Shown: positions 49,722 through 62,590 of the stretch, one piece after another | Position numbering within the stretch: position 1 is the stretch's first letter | How the letters are laid out: each line of letters begins with the position of its first letter | NCBI RefSeq assembly: GCF_006345805.1 | Contig: NC_042999.1 | Coordinates: 165,974,001 to 166,038,000, forward strand | DNA length: 64,000 bases | Direction: 5' to 3' | From: Octopus sinensis | Lineage: Eukaryota | Notes under the pieces: generated by a model | Told to the model about the DNA's origin: nothing | The model's database searches: none | Seen by the model: the letters and a program-made list of their open reading frames with translations, nothing else | Program-made: the position numbers and the translations under genes

Positions 49722-50216
49722 ATTACATGGAAAAATGCGAGCATGAAAACACTTAAGATTATAAACCTGGAAAAGTTCAGGACAAGTTCTTACACCTGTA
49801 AAAGTATAGGACAAACTATTACTTCTAGTAGAGAATAAGAAACATTTTACTTGAAATATTGCAGCAACGAATGCCAGTTTTTCTAATTTATCGCTCTTTA
49901 CAGTTTTCATCTTTTAAATTTATTATACAAAACTGTTCAGCTAATTTGTAAGTTTGTCTAATTAGTCACTTTTTTCTGTATTTAAGGTAGTAAATTAGCC
50001 AAATTCTAATTAAATAAGTATAATGTTATTTGTAAAAAATAATAAAATAAATTTAATTTTAGCTGCAAAATTTTAAGTAAAATGTTTCTTATTCTTTACT
50101 TTACTTGAAGTAATAGTTTGTCCTATACTTTTATAGGTGTAAGAACTTGTCCTGTGCTTTTCCAGGTTTATTATCTTAAGAATATGACTTTTCCTGCTTG
50201 CATTATTCCATGTAAT
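49722..50216. mobile_element. Fold-back MITE with ~145-bp TIRs
   Basis: attacatggaa...acaagttcttacacctgtaaaagtataggacaaactattactt pairs with aagtaatagtttgtcctatacttttataggtgtaagaacttgt...ttccatgtaat. Confidence 0.85.
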
Positions 50217-50859
50217 CCTTGATTTTTCCAGGCATTGCTTTTATAAGATAATTAATCATGTTTCAATTAATAATTTAAGATTTAACCTTATAAAATACTG
50301 AAAGATAATATTTCAATTTTTCCATGTAAGTGATGATAATATTTCAATTTTTTTCATGTTTAATTTAAATATATTTTGTGATTGAATTATTTAATATTAT
50401 TCATCCACACCAAATTAATGGCAGGGATTTTTACCATGTTGTTGGTTGCACCATGGCTCACCAAAAGTTACAAACAACAAGACCCCATAACCATCAGTTA
50501 CCAGGCTTACCTTAAGTAACCTAATTTTGCAATATTAGGAGGTCACAGGAATTCATTCAACGAAAAAAATTTCCAATGATTCCAGGATGGGGGGGGGGCT
50601 CACCCACCTCATTTTTTCCAAACCAAAATAAAGGACTTGCAGCATATTAGAAGGTCAGGGTACTTAATACCACGCAAAAAATAAAATTTTTTGTATTTTT
50701 TTTAGTGAAAATTGTGCAGGTGTTTTAAAGAAATTTACCATAATGTTGTTGTTATTTAGCCTCAAATCAACCCTGATACTGCAAACCTATCATCAAAGAC
50801 ATTCTAGCTCATTCATACATAAAGAAAAAAAAGTACGACAATTTTTCAGTCATCTCGGA

Positions 50860-51570
50860 AACATCTGAACCACTCGTACTCTTGTGTGCAACTCATGCAC
50901 TCCTCTCCAAACACTTTCTGCAATTTTGTGTTGGTCTCTGAGCAGGTATCACCGTGACAGCTTTCTCTGTCATGATCAATGTGATTATCACTCATTACTC
51001 ACACCTTCCTTCCAAGCTCTGCCGTAAAGAGAGGAGCTTAGTGCACGGAGTTCAAGGTCAATCTGTACCCAACTGGCTTCACTCTGAATGCTTTAGCTTC
51101 ATTACTATAGCAGCAGTCTGGATACTTATTGGTCAGACTTTGTATCTCTTAGTGTTCAGTCAACCAAATCACTCTCTTCTCATCGTTGATATTTCATACC
51201 AAACGATAAATTTTGATTCTCTGATGTCATACGCTCAGTTGGATCTCTTATCAATGTCACAGACTGATTTTTCTTGAATTGAGACTGGTTTCTTGAATTT
51301 GGAATGAGTTGTCTGTCCATCTGTCCAGTATCAACATAGCTGCTATTCCTGACGAAAGAACAGAAAGAGTTATTTGACCATTACCTCTGACATAAGCTAA
51401 CTAGGTATTTGTGAGGGAAGTTATTCCGGTTCCTCCTGGGGCCTTAATGAAAATGAGTGATGAGGAATTCATGTTCAAATGTCCAACATGATTATAAATG
51501 ACCTGTTGCTCTTCACTAAGCAGTAGTGTTCTTTCGGCAACAATATGTCACTGCTCATCAATGTTGTGCC
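50860..51570 (-). mobile_element. Decayed PIF1-family helicase of a Helitron (RepHel)
   Basis: Manual minus-strand translation LLSEEQQVIYNHV...LIFIKAPGGTGITSLTNT*LAYVRGNGQITLSVLSSGIAAMLI matches Helitron helicase motifs I/Ia (APGGTGKT; ASSGIAA). Confidence 0.8.
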
Positions 51571-52179
51571 ATCAGGGAAAAATATTTTTATGAATTCTTA
51601 TAAAAAAAATATCTCATAAAAATATAAGGGAAATTTCTAGGCACTCTTGAGGGTGTATAAAAGATTAAGGGAAGAAAAAAAAGTAAGAAAAAGGGACAGA
51701 TGGCAGTAGCTGCAACAACTCTTTGAAGTGTTGCCACTGCAAATCGACATTTTCAATTTGACATTTTTTTAAAGGGGTAAATGACTATTTTATTTGTAAT
51801 CTTTATCATCTTAATCAAAGGGCAGAAAAACAAACTAACTTTGAGTTTTAGTATAAGATAGATAGATAGATAGATAGATAGGTACACCCCACCACAGACA
51901 CACACATACACACACACATATAGTCATTTCAGATTTTGGCCCAAGGCCAGCAATTTCGAGTAAATTGCTCACATCAACACCAGTGCATATTTTAACAACC
52001 CTAAAATGATGAAAGGTAAAGTCATCCTAGATGGAATTTGAACTCAGAACGTAAAATGCCATTTGGCATTTTGCCCATATATATATTTATACAAACATGT
52101 GTGTGTGTGTATATATATATATATGCATGTGTGTGTGTATGTGTGTGTGTGTGTGTGTATGTATATATATATATATATA

Positions 52180-52558
52180 TATAAAGCTGAAGTTGTCTGT
52201 GTATGGCAGGTTTGGTAGCCTTCAACTAACACTATCTCCTCCGAGACTCTGCGGCACAAGTTGGCCAAAATCGAGAGTATGATAGAAGGCTTGTTCTTCC
52301 TTCTGTAGAAAAAAAAATTCAAATTGAACCATGTTAACATCAAAAATTATTTACATCAAAAGGGTGCTTTTTTTCTATAAAAATCCCTATTTTTTACGAT
52401 TTTTTTACTGCTGTGTCGCCATTTTTTGGTGTATTTCAACCAAAAAAATGTTCACTTAAAGAGAATAACAAGCTACATAATGCAAAACTTTTACTTTTCA
52501 AAAATTCCAATTCTAAAGGGTCGAAACAAACCCGAGCAACGCTGGGCGATATTGCTAG
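52180..52558 (+). mobile_element. Non-autonomous Helitron (H1-type 3' end, different body)
   Basis: Ends aaacccgagcaacgctgggcgatattgCTAG|T; 5' end reads tatataaagctgaagttgtctgt. Confidence 0.8.
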
Positions 52559-52594
<36 letters not shown>

Positions 52595-52735
52595 ATAGAG
52601 AACACTGGATATATCTTTCAGAAACAACTTCATATGTTTGTGTAGTTGTATTATTACCTAGTATAGAAACATATTAAGTCCTAGATAAGAGATGAACCAA
52701 CCACAATCCAATCTTGTTACTGAGGAAGGCATTGT

Positions 52736-53273
52736 TTATAACCTTTTTAACCTTTTTGCTACCAACTTGTCTGAGACCTCCCATTGTGCTATGATAAATC
52801 TTGTTTTAAAGTGATCTATATTAAAACCTCCCATCTGATGTAGCAATATTTTTTTTGCCTTTTCTGACATAAATGGACCTTTCCTCATCACATATGACAT
52901 ATCTGATGTCTTCAAGGAAAATATGTCTGATTGTTCCTTCTGACACGTAGAGATCTTTTGCAATTCGCCTCATGGATTTTCTGAGATTGTAATCAATGGT
53001 CGATTGAACTTGCTGGATAAATTCAGGTGTTCTGATGGTTTTAGAGCATTTAGGATGCTTTTTACACTTTGATACTGACGTTACTTTTTCATCTTTGGTC
53101 CCTAGCTCCTTACAAACTTTGGAGACAAAAAACCTACTGACTTTCAAAAATTGAGATGTTTCTAAATTGCTATGCTCAGCATTTATAGCCATGATAACAG
53201 CACTCCTCTTTATTTCTGGAAAAGCATTGGTCAGGCTGAGACTGTTGTAAAAGATACTTGCCCAAGATAACAA
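52736..53273 (-). mobile_element. Tc1/mariner-superfamily (maT-like) transposase N-terminal relic
   Basis: KRSAVIMAINAEHSNLETSQFLKVSR...IRTPEFIQQVQ...KSMRRIAKDLYVSEGTIRHIFLEDIRY resembles a paired-HTH DNA-binding region; the subfamily call is an inference. Confidence 0.75.
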
Positions 53274-53957
53274 CTAGTGTAATTTTTGAAATTTGCAGAA
53301 ATTTCTTGTATTACAAAGGAGCCGAAACATTCTGTTGATGTGCTATTGATCAAAAGATTTAAAGCTGCTCTTTAGGTCCTTCTAAACAATATCTGAAATG
53401 TTCTCATTTTGTATAAATACCAATACATGCCAGTGTGTGTGTGATTATGCATGTATGAAGATACACATAGATAAAGTGAATTAGAGATAAAAATTTGTTT
53501 CAAGTATTGTATGTCAGCTATACAGAATGTTGGGTGTATTTACAATTAAAGAAAAACTTCTAAGGAAAGCTTCAGAGAAATAAACAAAGAGATAAAACAG
53601 TGAGATGAGTAGATTTTATCAAAATTTAAAGTAAATATTTTGACAAAATCTGAGATACTTCAATAAACTAGGAAGCCATCTTGTTATGTTTGTGTGGGTA
53701 TATGAGTAATTAGGATATAGCCTTCTGTATGTTCCTGCTTGGTAAGATAAATGACAGTGAAATCAACTAATTTAGTGTTGAGTAAGTTGTAATTATCAGT
53801 TATATTTATAAAAGTAAAAGATGTAATATATTCCATTAATAATGGCTAAAAATGTTTAACTGGGCTTTTTTGTCATGCAGGTGACCGTTTTTAGAGAGTT
53901 AAAGTAAATTGCTATTGTGTAAGTGTATATGTGGATTATAACACAGGGAACACTAAT

Positions 53958-54359
53958 ACTCTTTTCTCTTTTACTTGTTTCAGTCATTTGACTGCGGCCA
54001 TGCTGGAGCACCGCCTTTAGTCAAGCAAATCGACCCCAGGACTTATTCTTTGTAAACCCAGTACTTATTCTATCGGTCTCTTTTGCCGAGCTGCTAAGTG
54101 ACCGCGATGTAAACACACCAGCATCAGTTGTCAAGCAATGCTAGGGGGACAAACACAGACACACAAACATACACACACACACACATATATATACATATAT
54201 ATGACGGGCTTCTTTCAGTTTCCGTCTACCAAATCCACTCACAAGGCTTTGGTCGGCCCGAGGCTATAGTAGAAGACACTTGCCCAAGATGCCATGCAGT
54301 GGGACTGAACCCGGAACCATGTGGTCGGTAAGCAAGCTACTTACCACACAGCCACTCCT
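53958..54359 (-). mobile_element. tRNA-derived SINE family B, young copy (older copy follows at 54467-54846)
   Basis: Reverse complement of 18516-18924. Confidence 0.9.
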
Positions 54360-55505
54360 AATCTTCAGAAATATCTAAAAAGAACTATTTGCTGAATGAT
54401 ATAGTATAAGAAAATATTAGGTTGGCACCTGTTGTTACGCTGCTGGTAAAAATATATGTTCATCATTTTTCCTTTACTTGTTTCAGTCATTAGACTGCGA
54501 CCATGCTGTGGCACTGCTTTGAAGAATTTTTTTAGCCAAATGAACCAGTCCCATTACTTATCTTATCTTTTTTAAGCCTGGTATTTATTCTATTGGTCTT
54601 TTTTGATGTGCCACTAAGTTACAGGGATGTAAACACACCAACACTGGTTGTCAAGTGGGGACAAACACAAACACAGACACACACACACAAGATTCTTTCT
54701 GTTTCCACCTACCAAATCCACTCACAAGACTTTGGTTGCCCCAAAGCTATAGTAGAAGACACTCGCTCAAGGTGCTGTGCAGTGAGACTGAACCTGAAAC
54801 CATGTGGTTGTGACTCAAGCGTCTTAGCACAGCGCTACACCTGTGCATACCTTCATAAATCAATCAAAGTGAAAGTCTTTTTTAAAAATCTGTGTTGCAT
54901 TTTCTATATGTTGAAAGACATACAGACACACAGACAGCCAAAAATAAAAACTATATCATCATCATCATTTAACATCTGTTTTTCAAGCTGGCATGGCTGG
55001 ATGGTCTGACTGGAAACTGGTAAGCTGGGGAGCTTCATTAGGTTCCACTCTGATTTGGCATGGTACTTATGGCTGGATTGTCCTCCTAATGCTAATCACT
55101 CCAGGAGCGTAGTGGGAGCCTTTTATGTGCCACTAGCACAAGTGCCAGTTATGCCACACCAGCATTAGCCACAGCTATGATCTCACTTGGCTTGACAGGT
55201 CTTCTCAAAGGTCTTAGTTCCTCATCACTCCTTCCGTGAGGCCCAATGTTGGAAGGGTGCTTTTTACATGCCACTGGCACATATACATATAGTCTGTTTT
55301 GAAGTCTGAATTGCGTTGTGTGACAGACTTGTACTTCAAATTCTCAAGCTGTTAATCAAAACTTGATAGTAACTAAGGTGACAACACTACTTATTTATCT
55401 ATTATTCATTCTCTCTCTCTCAGGAACTTTTTCTCCTTTCCTTCTACCTTCTCTCTAAACAGATGTTGTTACAGACAGAGATCAGATTCTCTTTTATAAT
55501 ATAGA

Positions 55506-56019
55506 CTAGCAGTATCGCCCAGCGTTGCTCGGGTTTGTAAGGGAAATAACTATATAAGCATTTTTAGAGAGTTACTTCCCTTATAGATGTCAATTCGGGC
55601 TTTCTTAGCCATTTCTGTTTTGGTGTCTTCAAGCCATGAAGTCGTTGTTCTAAAAGAACGCTGGTCTCCTTGACAACGCTTTACGACATTGATTTCCTTA
55701 CACTCCCTTCCCCACAGCTTCTCGAGGGAGGGAAGAAGGGGGAGAAGCAAACAGGTGCAGGTGTGACCATGGACGCCAACTTCGCCGCCATCGACACACG
55801 AAAAATTATGCATTAAAATGGAATAAAAAAATGATGTTAAATTATTTTTAAAATCGTAGACTCATCGTAGACGCGCACTAATAGCCAGACGGGCTCGATA
55901 TGAATCCCGACTATAAGATACCCGAATTTGGTTAAACTGCACCGCAAAATGTGGGAGTAGTTAGGAATCTAAATCGAAGGGGACAGACACTCACACAACT
56001 ACAGTTTTATATATATAGA
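55506..56019 (-). mobile_element. Non-autonomous Helitron (family H1) with distinct GC-rich internal segment
   Basis: Same termini as 39130-39630, but 55585-55800 is absent from the other H1 copies in the window. Confidence 0.88.
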
Positions 56020-56812
56020 TATTGATAATAAATCACTGTGCAAAACAAATTTAGTTTCTGTTCTATTTTTTCGCTTTTGGATTTGGTTTGCAAGATTCTT
56101 TATGTGAGTTTGTGTGTTGAAGTATATTCTGTTGTGTCTGGGGAGAGTCATTTTCTTTTTGTGCCTTTAATTTAACACACACACCGGTAAAATTTCCACT
56201 TATTTCTTTTTTTTATTTTCCTAAAATTTTTGTTGCGCCTTGCAACCTTTTCAATAGTCTTGACACTCTGTTTTATTAGAATATACTTAAATTTTTCTTT
56301 CTGCATGATAGGGAACAGTTGTTTGTAAAACATCATTCTGTGAAAGAAAGTGCTGAACTATAAAAGTTTGAAAACCCCTGTTTTAGATTAAACTTTCTTC
56401 TTAAATCATAACACACCTTCCTTGACAAAAAAGACTTTTCCATATTACCTGGTAGTGAATAATTTCTTGCTTTAAACATTATTTGTTCTGTGCTAAATTC
56501 TACAAGACCCTTGAACTTTATTATATATAACTTCAAAAATTGCTTGTTAGCTTGTTTTTGATATTCTATATTGTTTAAGGTGGTGATCTTGCAGAGTTGT
56601 TAGCATGCCAGGAAAACTGCTTAGCAATATCTTGTTCACCTTTACGTTCTGAGTTCAATTTTCGAAAAGGTTGACTTTGTCTTTCACTCTTTTGGAGTCA
56701 ATAAAATAAGTACCAGTTGCACACTGGGGTTGATGTAATTGACTTATTCACTTCCCCAAACTTGCTGTCCTGTGCCAAAATTTGTAACCAATATTCTATA
56801 TTGTTAATCATA

Positions 56813-56925
56813 AAGGAGCGTAGCTTAGTGGTTAGGGTGTTCGGCTCACAAATACCATGATCGTAAGGTCATGAGTTCGATTCCAGGTGGCATGTTGTGT
56901 TCTTGAGGAAGACACTTTATTTCAC
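56813..56925 (+). mobile_element. tRNA-like SINE head
   Basis: A box tagcttagtggttag and B box gagttcgattcc, continuing into a SINE-type body (gtgttcttgaggaagacactttatttcac). Confidence 0.65.
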
Positions 56926-57144
56926 AGATCGACAGGAGCCCTCATTGCCATAACTGACAGAGTACATATATATATATATATATATATGGATGGATGGGTG
57001 AGTAGACAAACAAAAGAAGGGCACTCAACACATATTTTGTACATATGTATAGATCAAAACAGTTTGATTCAGACTCCTTGGTACTCTGAGTTTCAAGTGT
57101 GTGGCTAGTCTTCGACCATTGTGGTCAGACCTCAATGGCCGAAT

Positions 57145-57188
<44 letters not shown>

Positions 57189-57192
<4 letters not shown>

Positions 57193-57249
57193 TTTATGTC
57201 TATCATTGTTTGAATTGCATAATAGTGGTTTTTCTCCAATTTATATATT

Positions 57250-57280
<31 letters not shown>

Positions 57281-57333
57281 AATTGGAGAAAAACCACTAT
57301 TATGCAATTCAAACAATGATGGACATAAACCAA
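57189..57333. repeat. Inverted repeat (~55-bp arms) around a TA microsatellite
   Basis: ttggtttatgtctatcattgtttgaattgcataatagtggtttttctccaattt / aaattggagaaaaaccactattatgcaattcaaacaatgatggacataaaccaa. Confidence 0.88.
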
Positions 57334-57457
57334 ATCATAAAGAAAAAATAAGTACAAAAATGTACAAAAATGAATAAACAATATATAATAAGTAAAAAGA
57401 CTACATACGTTTCATGGCTATAATCTAAATTCGAATTACAATTAAATTTAAATTTAA

Positions 57458-57490
<33 letters not shown>

Positions 57491-57538
57491 CTTTATATAA
57501 GGCTGCCTGCCTTATACAGCCCATCGTAGGTGATAAAA

Positions 57539-57939
57539 TCTTTATATATAAAAGAAAGGTTGTGTGCTGTCTATCTCCTACGATTTAGATTCCTAACTAC
57601 TCCCACATTTTGCGGTGCAGTTTAACCAAAACCAGGTATCTTATAGTCGTGATTCATATCGAGCCCTTCTGGGTATTAGTGCGCGTCTATGATGAGTCTA
57701 CAATTTAAAAAAAAATTTACCATCATTTTTTTCCATTTTAATGCATTTTTTCGCTATTATATAAGGGGAGTAACTCTCTAAAAATGTCTACGTTGAGTCA
57801 ACGATTTAAAAAAAAAATTTAGCATCATTTTTTTTCCATTTTTAATGCATTTTTTGCTATTTTTTGGCTATAACTCTCTAAAAATGCTTATATAGTTATT
57901 TCCCTTACAAACCCGAGCAACGCCGGGCGATACTGCTAG
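57539..57939 (+). mobile_element. Non-autonomous Helitron (family H1)
   Basis: A|TCtttatatataaaag...cccgagcaacgccgggcgatactgCTAG|T: canonical Helitron ends, subterminal hairpin and AT target. Confidence 0.92.
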
Positions 57940-57962
57940 TTATATATATATATATATATATA

Positions 57963-58148
57963 CACACCATATTTTAGCATGTATAAAGAACCCAATTTTG
58001 TCAAAAATTAAGTAAAAAAAATATGGGAGTTTCTTATACATGGATAGTATTATAATCCCTTAGAAAACCTTTTTCCCAAATTTGAAACACCTAAAATTAA
58101 GGGTTCCTTATACATGGGGGTTTCTTATATACATTAAAATATGGTGTA
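57963..58148. mobile_element. Small TIR MITE
   Basis: acaccatattttagcatgtataaagaaccc / gggtttcttatatacattaaaatatggtgt. Confidence 0.7.
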
Positions 58149-58389
58149 ATATATTGTTAACCTTCCTTGTAACTGAAAGGTGCTTATGTAGATGTTACCC
58201 ACATATCCACATAATAATTTAGAGACAATTGAACTTGATAAAGTGAATAATGTATTAAGATCCAAGGTGGGCGTCATATTCCTAGAACTGCAAAGCATCT
58301 TGTCATCTTAGTTCATACACATATTTTCTATGAGTTTTTCAGCAGATTTTGTGCTTTCATATCACATCCAGAAATTTAGTTTCATATAT

Positions 58390-58721
58390 TAGCTGTGATA
58401 CCTGTGCCGGTGGCACATAAAAAGCACCATCCGAACGTGGCCGTTGCCAGCGCCGATTTGGCTGGGTTCCGTGCCGTTAAAAGCTCCAACCGATCGTGGC
58501 CGATACCGGACCCCCCTGGCACCTGTGCAGGTTGCACGTAAAAAGCACCCACTACACTCATGGAGTGGTTGGCGTTAGGAAGGGCATCCAGCCATAGAAA
58601 CATTGCCAGATCAGACTGGGCCTGGTGCAGCCTTCTGGCTTCCCAGACCCCAGTTGCACCGTCTAACCCATGCTAGCATGGAAAGCGGACGCTAAACGAT
58701 GATGATGATGATGATGATGAT
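58390..58721 (+). mobile_element. RTE 3' UTR (family A)
   Basis: Tandem units, conserved 3' end and (GAT)n tail. Confidence 0.88.
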
Positions 58722-59048
58722 ATTCCCCTTGGTTCACTTCACTATGTACACCATCCTGTTACTTGGCTGTATGCTCCCTCACATTTTCACTGTCTCATCT
58801 CTCTCTCCTCTCCTCTACTGTAAGACATCTTTTTTCTGTCCCTCAATACTACTTCCTCCACTCAGTTGATGGATTTTGTCTTGTATGTTATGTGGTGACC
58901 TCACTGCTGTCAGTGGCATGTAAAAAGCACCCAGTATACTATGTAAGATGCTGTAGAAACCATGTTAAAACAGACAGCAGAACTTGTCTGTCCTGCCAAA
59001 TCCTGTCAACCTGTCCAATCCATGCCAGTATGGGAAACAAATGTTTGA

Positions 59049-59082
<34 letters not shown>

Positions 59083-59114
59083 GGTGTGGTGGCGGCAGCG
59101 GTGACCCCTGAGGT

Positions 59115-59310
59115 ACTCTTTACTCTTTTACTTGTTTCAGTCATTTTGACTGCGGCCATGCTGGAGCACCGCCTTTAGTCGAGCAAATCGACCCCGGGAC
59201 TTATTCTTTGTAAGCCCAGTACTTATTCTATCGGTCTCTTTTGCCGAACCGCTAAGTGACGGGGACGTAAACACACCAGCATCGGTTGTCAAGCAATGCT
59301 AGGGGGACAA

Positions 59311-59357
<47 letters not shown>

Positions 59358-59513
59358 TACGACGAGCTTCTTTCAGTTTCCGTCTACCAAATCCACTCAC
59401 AAGGCATTGGTCGGCCCGGGGCTATAGCAGAAGACACTTGCTCAAGATGCCACGCAGTGGGACAGAACCTGGAACCATGTGGTTGGTTAGCAAGCTACTT
59501 ACCACACAGCCAC
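59115..59513 (-). mobile_element. tRNA-derived SINE family B, young copy
   Basis: Reverse complement of 18516-18924. Further diverged copies at 60325-60724 (-) and 62809-63164 (+). Confidence 0.9.
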
Positions 59514-59789
59514 TAATATCCATTCATGTTGACTTACAAATAAATAGTTCCCTGTCTCTTAAAAATTTAGCTTCTTAAACATTTAAGCCCAGCCCTTTGA
59601 TTCTATACCTTTTAAATTTATCAAGTAATATATTGTGGTCAATGGTATGAAAAGTATTTTTCAAAATCAAGAAGTACTTCTGCTGCATACGTATTTCATA
59701 TCTATAAACACTACAGGAGTTTTCCTTAGTTAATTCAATTAGCACCAAAGAACTTGATTTGTTTGTTCTGAATTCATATTAATTGTCAG

Positions 59790-60175
59790 GTGGAGGCACA
59801 ATGGCCCAGTGGTTAGGGCAGCGGACTCGCGGTCATAGGATCGCGGTTTCGATTCCCAGACTGGGCGTTGTGAGTGTTTATTGAGCGAAAACACCTAAAG
59901 CTCCACGAGGCTCCGGCAGGGGATGGTGGTGATCCCTGCTGTACTCTTTCACCACAACTTTCTCTCACTCTTACTTCCTGTTTTTGTTGTACCTGTATTT
60001 CAAAAGGCCGGCCTTGTCACTCTCTGTGTCACGCTGAATATCCCCGAGAACTACGTTAAGGGTACACGTGTCTGTGGAGTGCTCAGCCACTTACACGTTA
60101 ATTTCACGAGCAGGCTGTTCCGTTGATTCGGATTAACCGGAACCCTCATCGTCGTAACCGACGGAGTGCTTCCCC
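59790..60175 (+). mobile_element. tRNA-derived SINE family D with perfect 12-bp TSD
   Basis: A box tggcccagtggttag and B box ggtttcgattccc; TSD attaattgtcag at 59778-59789 and 60176-60187. A diverged partial copy lies at ~61460-61618 (-). Confidence 0.9.
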
Positions 60176-61639
60176 ATTAATTGTCAGTCAGTAATTTGTG
60201 TTACACAAATGTATTTATACTTTTAATAAAAAGCTTTTCCAAGATCTTGGGAAAATTAGAAAGTAAAGAAACAGGAATTTGGAAAGAAGAATCTGTCTCT
60301 AATTTCATATAATTTTTGCAATCTTTTACCGTTTCCTTGTTTCAGTCTTTAGACTCTGGCCATGGTGGGGGTGGGGGGACACTGTCTTGAAGGATTTTTA
60401 GTTGAATGAATTGATCCCAGTACTTACTTTTTCAAGTACCAGTATTTATTTTATTGGCTTCCTTTTGCTGAACCACTAAGTTATGGGGACACAAACTCAC
60501 CAACACCATTTGTCAAGTGGAGGGTGGGGGACAAAAACAGATACAAAGACATACACACATTGATATACAACAAGTTTCTTTCAGTTTTTGTCTACAAGAT
60601 CCACTCACAAGGCTTTGGTTGACCCAAGGTTATCAAGAAGAACTTGTTCAAGGTGCCATGTAGTGGGATTCAACCTGGAACCATGTGGTTGGGAAGCAAA
60701 CTTCTTACCATATGGCCATGCCTACCTCTGTTTTGTTCTGAAAAGTGTAAGTTTGAAAGAACAAGTTACTCTGGTGTAACAATCCATTCAAGAGCTTCTT
60801 TGACTATTTTCATCAGTTTCATTCCACACAGCAAAATTTTTGTTCTTATAATACTAACAAGGTCTGTGATCCCCTTTTCTTCTACTCTTCTGTTCCCATA
60901 ATGATCATCAGTCCTTTAAATCACTGGTCTCCCCAACATTTTTACAGTCTGCACTGGTCACACACACATTGGGCTTATTTCAGTATCTGTCTGCCAAACC
61001 CACTCACAAGGCTTTGGTCAGCCCAAGTTGTCACACATCAGGACTGAACCCAGAACCATGTGGTTGGGAAGTAAGCTTCTTACCACACATTTACATTTTC
61101 AAGCAAGATGAGTCGACAGAGTTATGTAAACATTATTATAGATGACATAAGTGTCATGCAATTAACATTTTGGAAGTATATGAACTTGCAGTCCTACGTA
61201 AGTACTTGCTAAAAAAACATATGTGAAAGTATGATAATGTGTATGTACATACACACATCAACAAAGAATACCTATAACACTATACCTGGATAATTAATTA
61301 ATAAACCACAGCTAGAACCATTTAAATTCCCTATAAATTTTAAAATCATTGATGATCTCTCAAATTAACCTTGCATTTATTTACAAGATAGTGAAGTCTG
61401 ATTCATGATTTGAGAAGTTTTTTTGTTTTGTTTTTTATGTAACTAGTAATTGGTGATCCATTGGTTGCAACAATAAATGTTCCAGTTAATCCAATCCGCA
61501 GAACATCTTGGTTGTAAAATTAAAGTGCAAGTGGCTGAGCACTCCAGTGACACATGCAGCCTTAATGTAGTTCTGAGGGAGATTCTGCGTGACATAGAAT
61601 GAATCAAGGCTGGCCCTGAGGGCAACTGGCAAGTCTGGC

Positions 61640-62590
61640 TACTCAGCAGAGTCCGCCCAAGGATATTAACAAGCTGATGACGGAGGAAATCGTCAAATTT
61701 CTGAAAACAAATTGACCCAAAATGTTCTATTGTGTGACAATGCTTCAAGCTCTGGAGTGACATGCAATGGTAGCCAGGTGAAACTCACCAGGAGCTGGCA
61801 GCATGTATATGCGAAGACACTACAACTTGTGACTTTCCTCAGATCACAGACCCTCAAGATGAAGCTCTAGACTGAGATTCATGTTCTGTCAACAATGAAG
61901 CTGCCTTGAAGGCTCTTTTCAAGATCAAGGGCACAGAGGTGGACATTGCCTGTGCTGTCCAAGTCACGATTGACATGGTGAACGTTGCCAAGGAAACTGT
62001 TTACAGTTCCAAGACCAGGCCTGTCAACAAGGTCAAGCAGAGACAGAACAAGGGTCAATGAAAAAACCACCAGCAATCTAATTCCATAGACCCTGAGTTG
62101 AAGTGTTACAGATGTGGAACAGCCTATAAAGTGACATATTGCCCCTACAAAGAAATCAGATGCCACTTTTGTGACAAGGAAAGACATTTGGAAACTGCTC
62201 ATAAGAAGAAGCAATGACAGCAACAGGAACATTGTTCCCAACTGTCTGTGAAGAGAATCATGAAAGCAGAGCTTGTCAAAACAATTCTTGGTGAAGTTCC
62301 CGATGATACTTCTAGGCTAGTTGTGCTAATCACAATCCCTGACCGACAGTTCATGATGGAACTGGACACTGCAACTACAGGAAATTTCATTCCTTTGCTT
62401 GTCTGGAAACTAGGAAAACCGAAGCTTGATGATGTCAGACTTCGCTAGGAGTCTGCCAGCAAGCGCATGCTGGGAACTTTTATGAGCCAAACCAAGGATC
62501 CAATGAATGGTAAACAAAGCTCAATAATTTACATAGTCACCAAAGTTGCTGGGATGAAATGCTATCCAAACACTGGGAATCTCTGCGGAC
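61640..62590 (+). mobile_element. Decayed Gypsy-type LTR retrotransposon gag-protease fragment
   Basis: Remnants PGETHQELAA..CEDTTTCDFPQITDPQDEAL and SVNNEAALKALFKIK, CYRCG/CHFC knuckle-like motifs, and protease FMMELDTATTGNF. Confidence 0.75.

Noticed and set aside
56813-56890. tRNA gene (also the heads at 18516 and 59790)
   Set aside because: A and B boxes are present, but there is no complete cloverleaf and each continues into a SINE body.
61104-61197. Possible + strand exon (MSRQSYVNIIIDDISVMQLTFWKYMNLQSY|GTAAGT)
   Set aside because: The acceptor is weak, I recognise no homology, and I found no partner exons.
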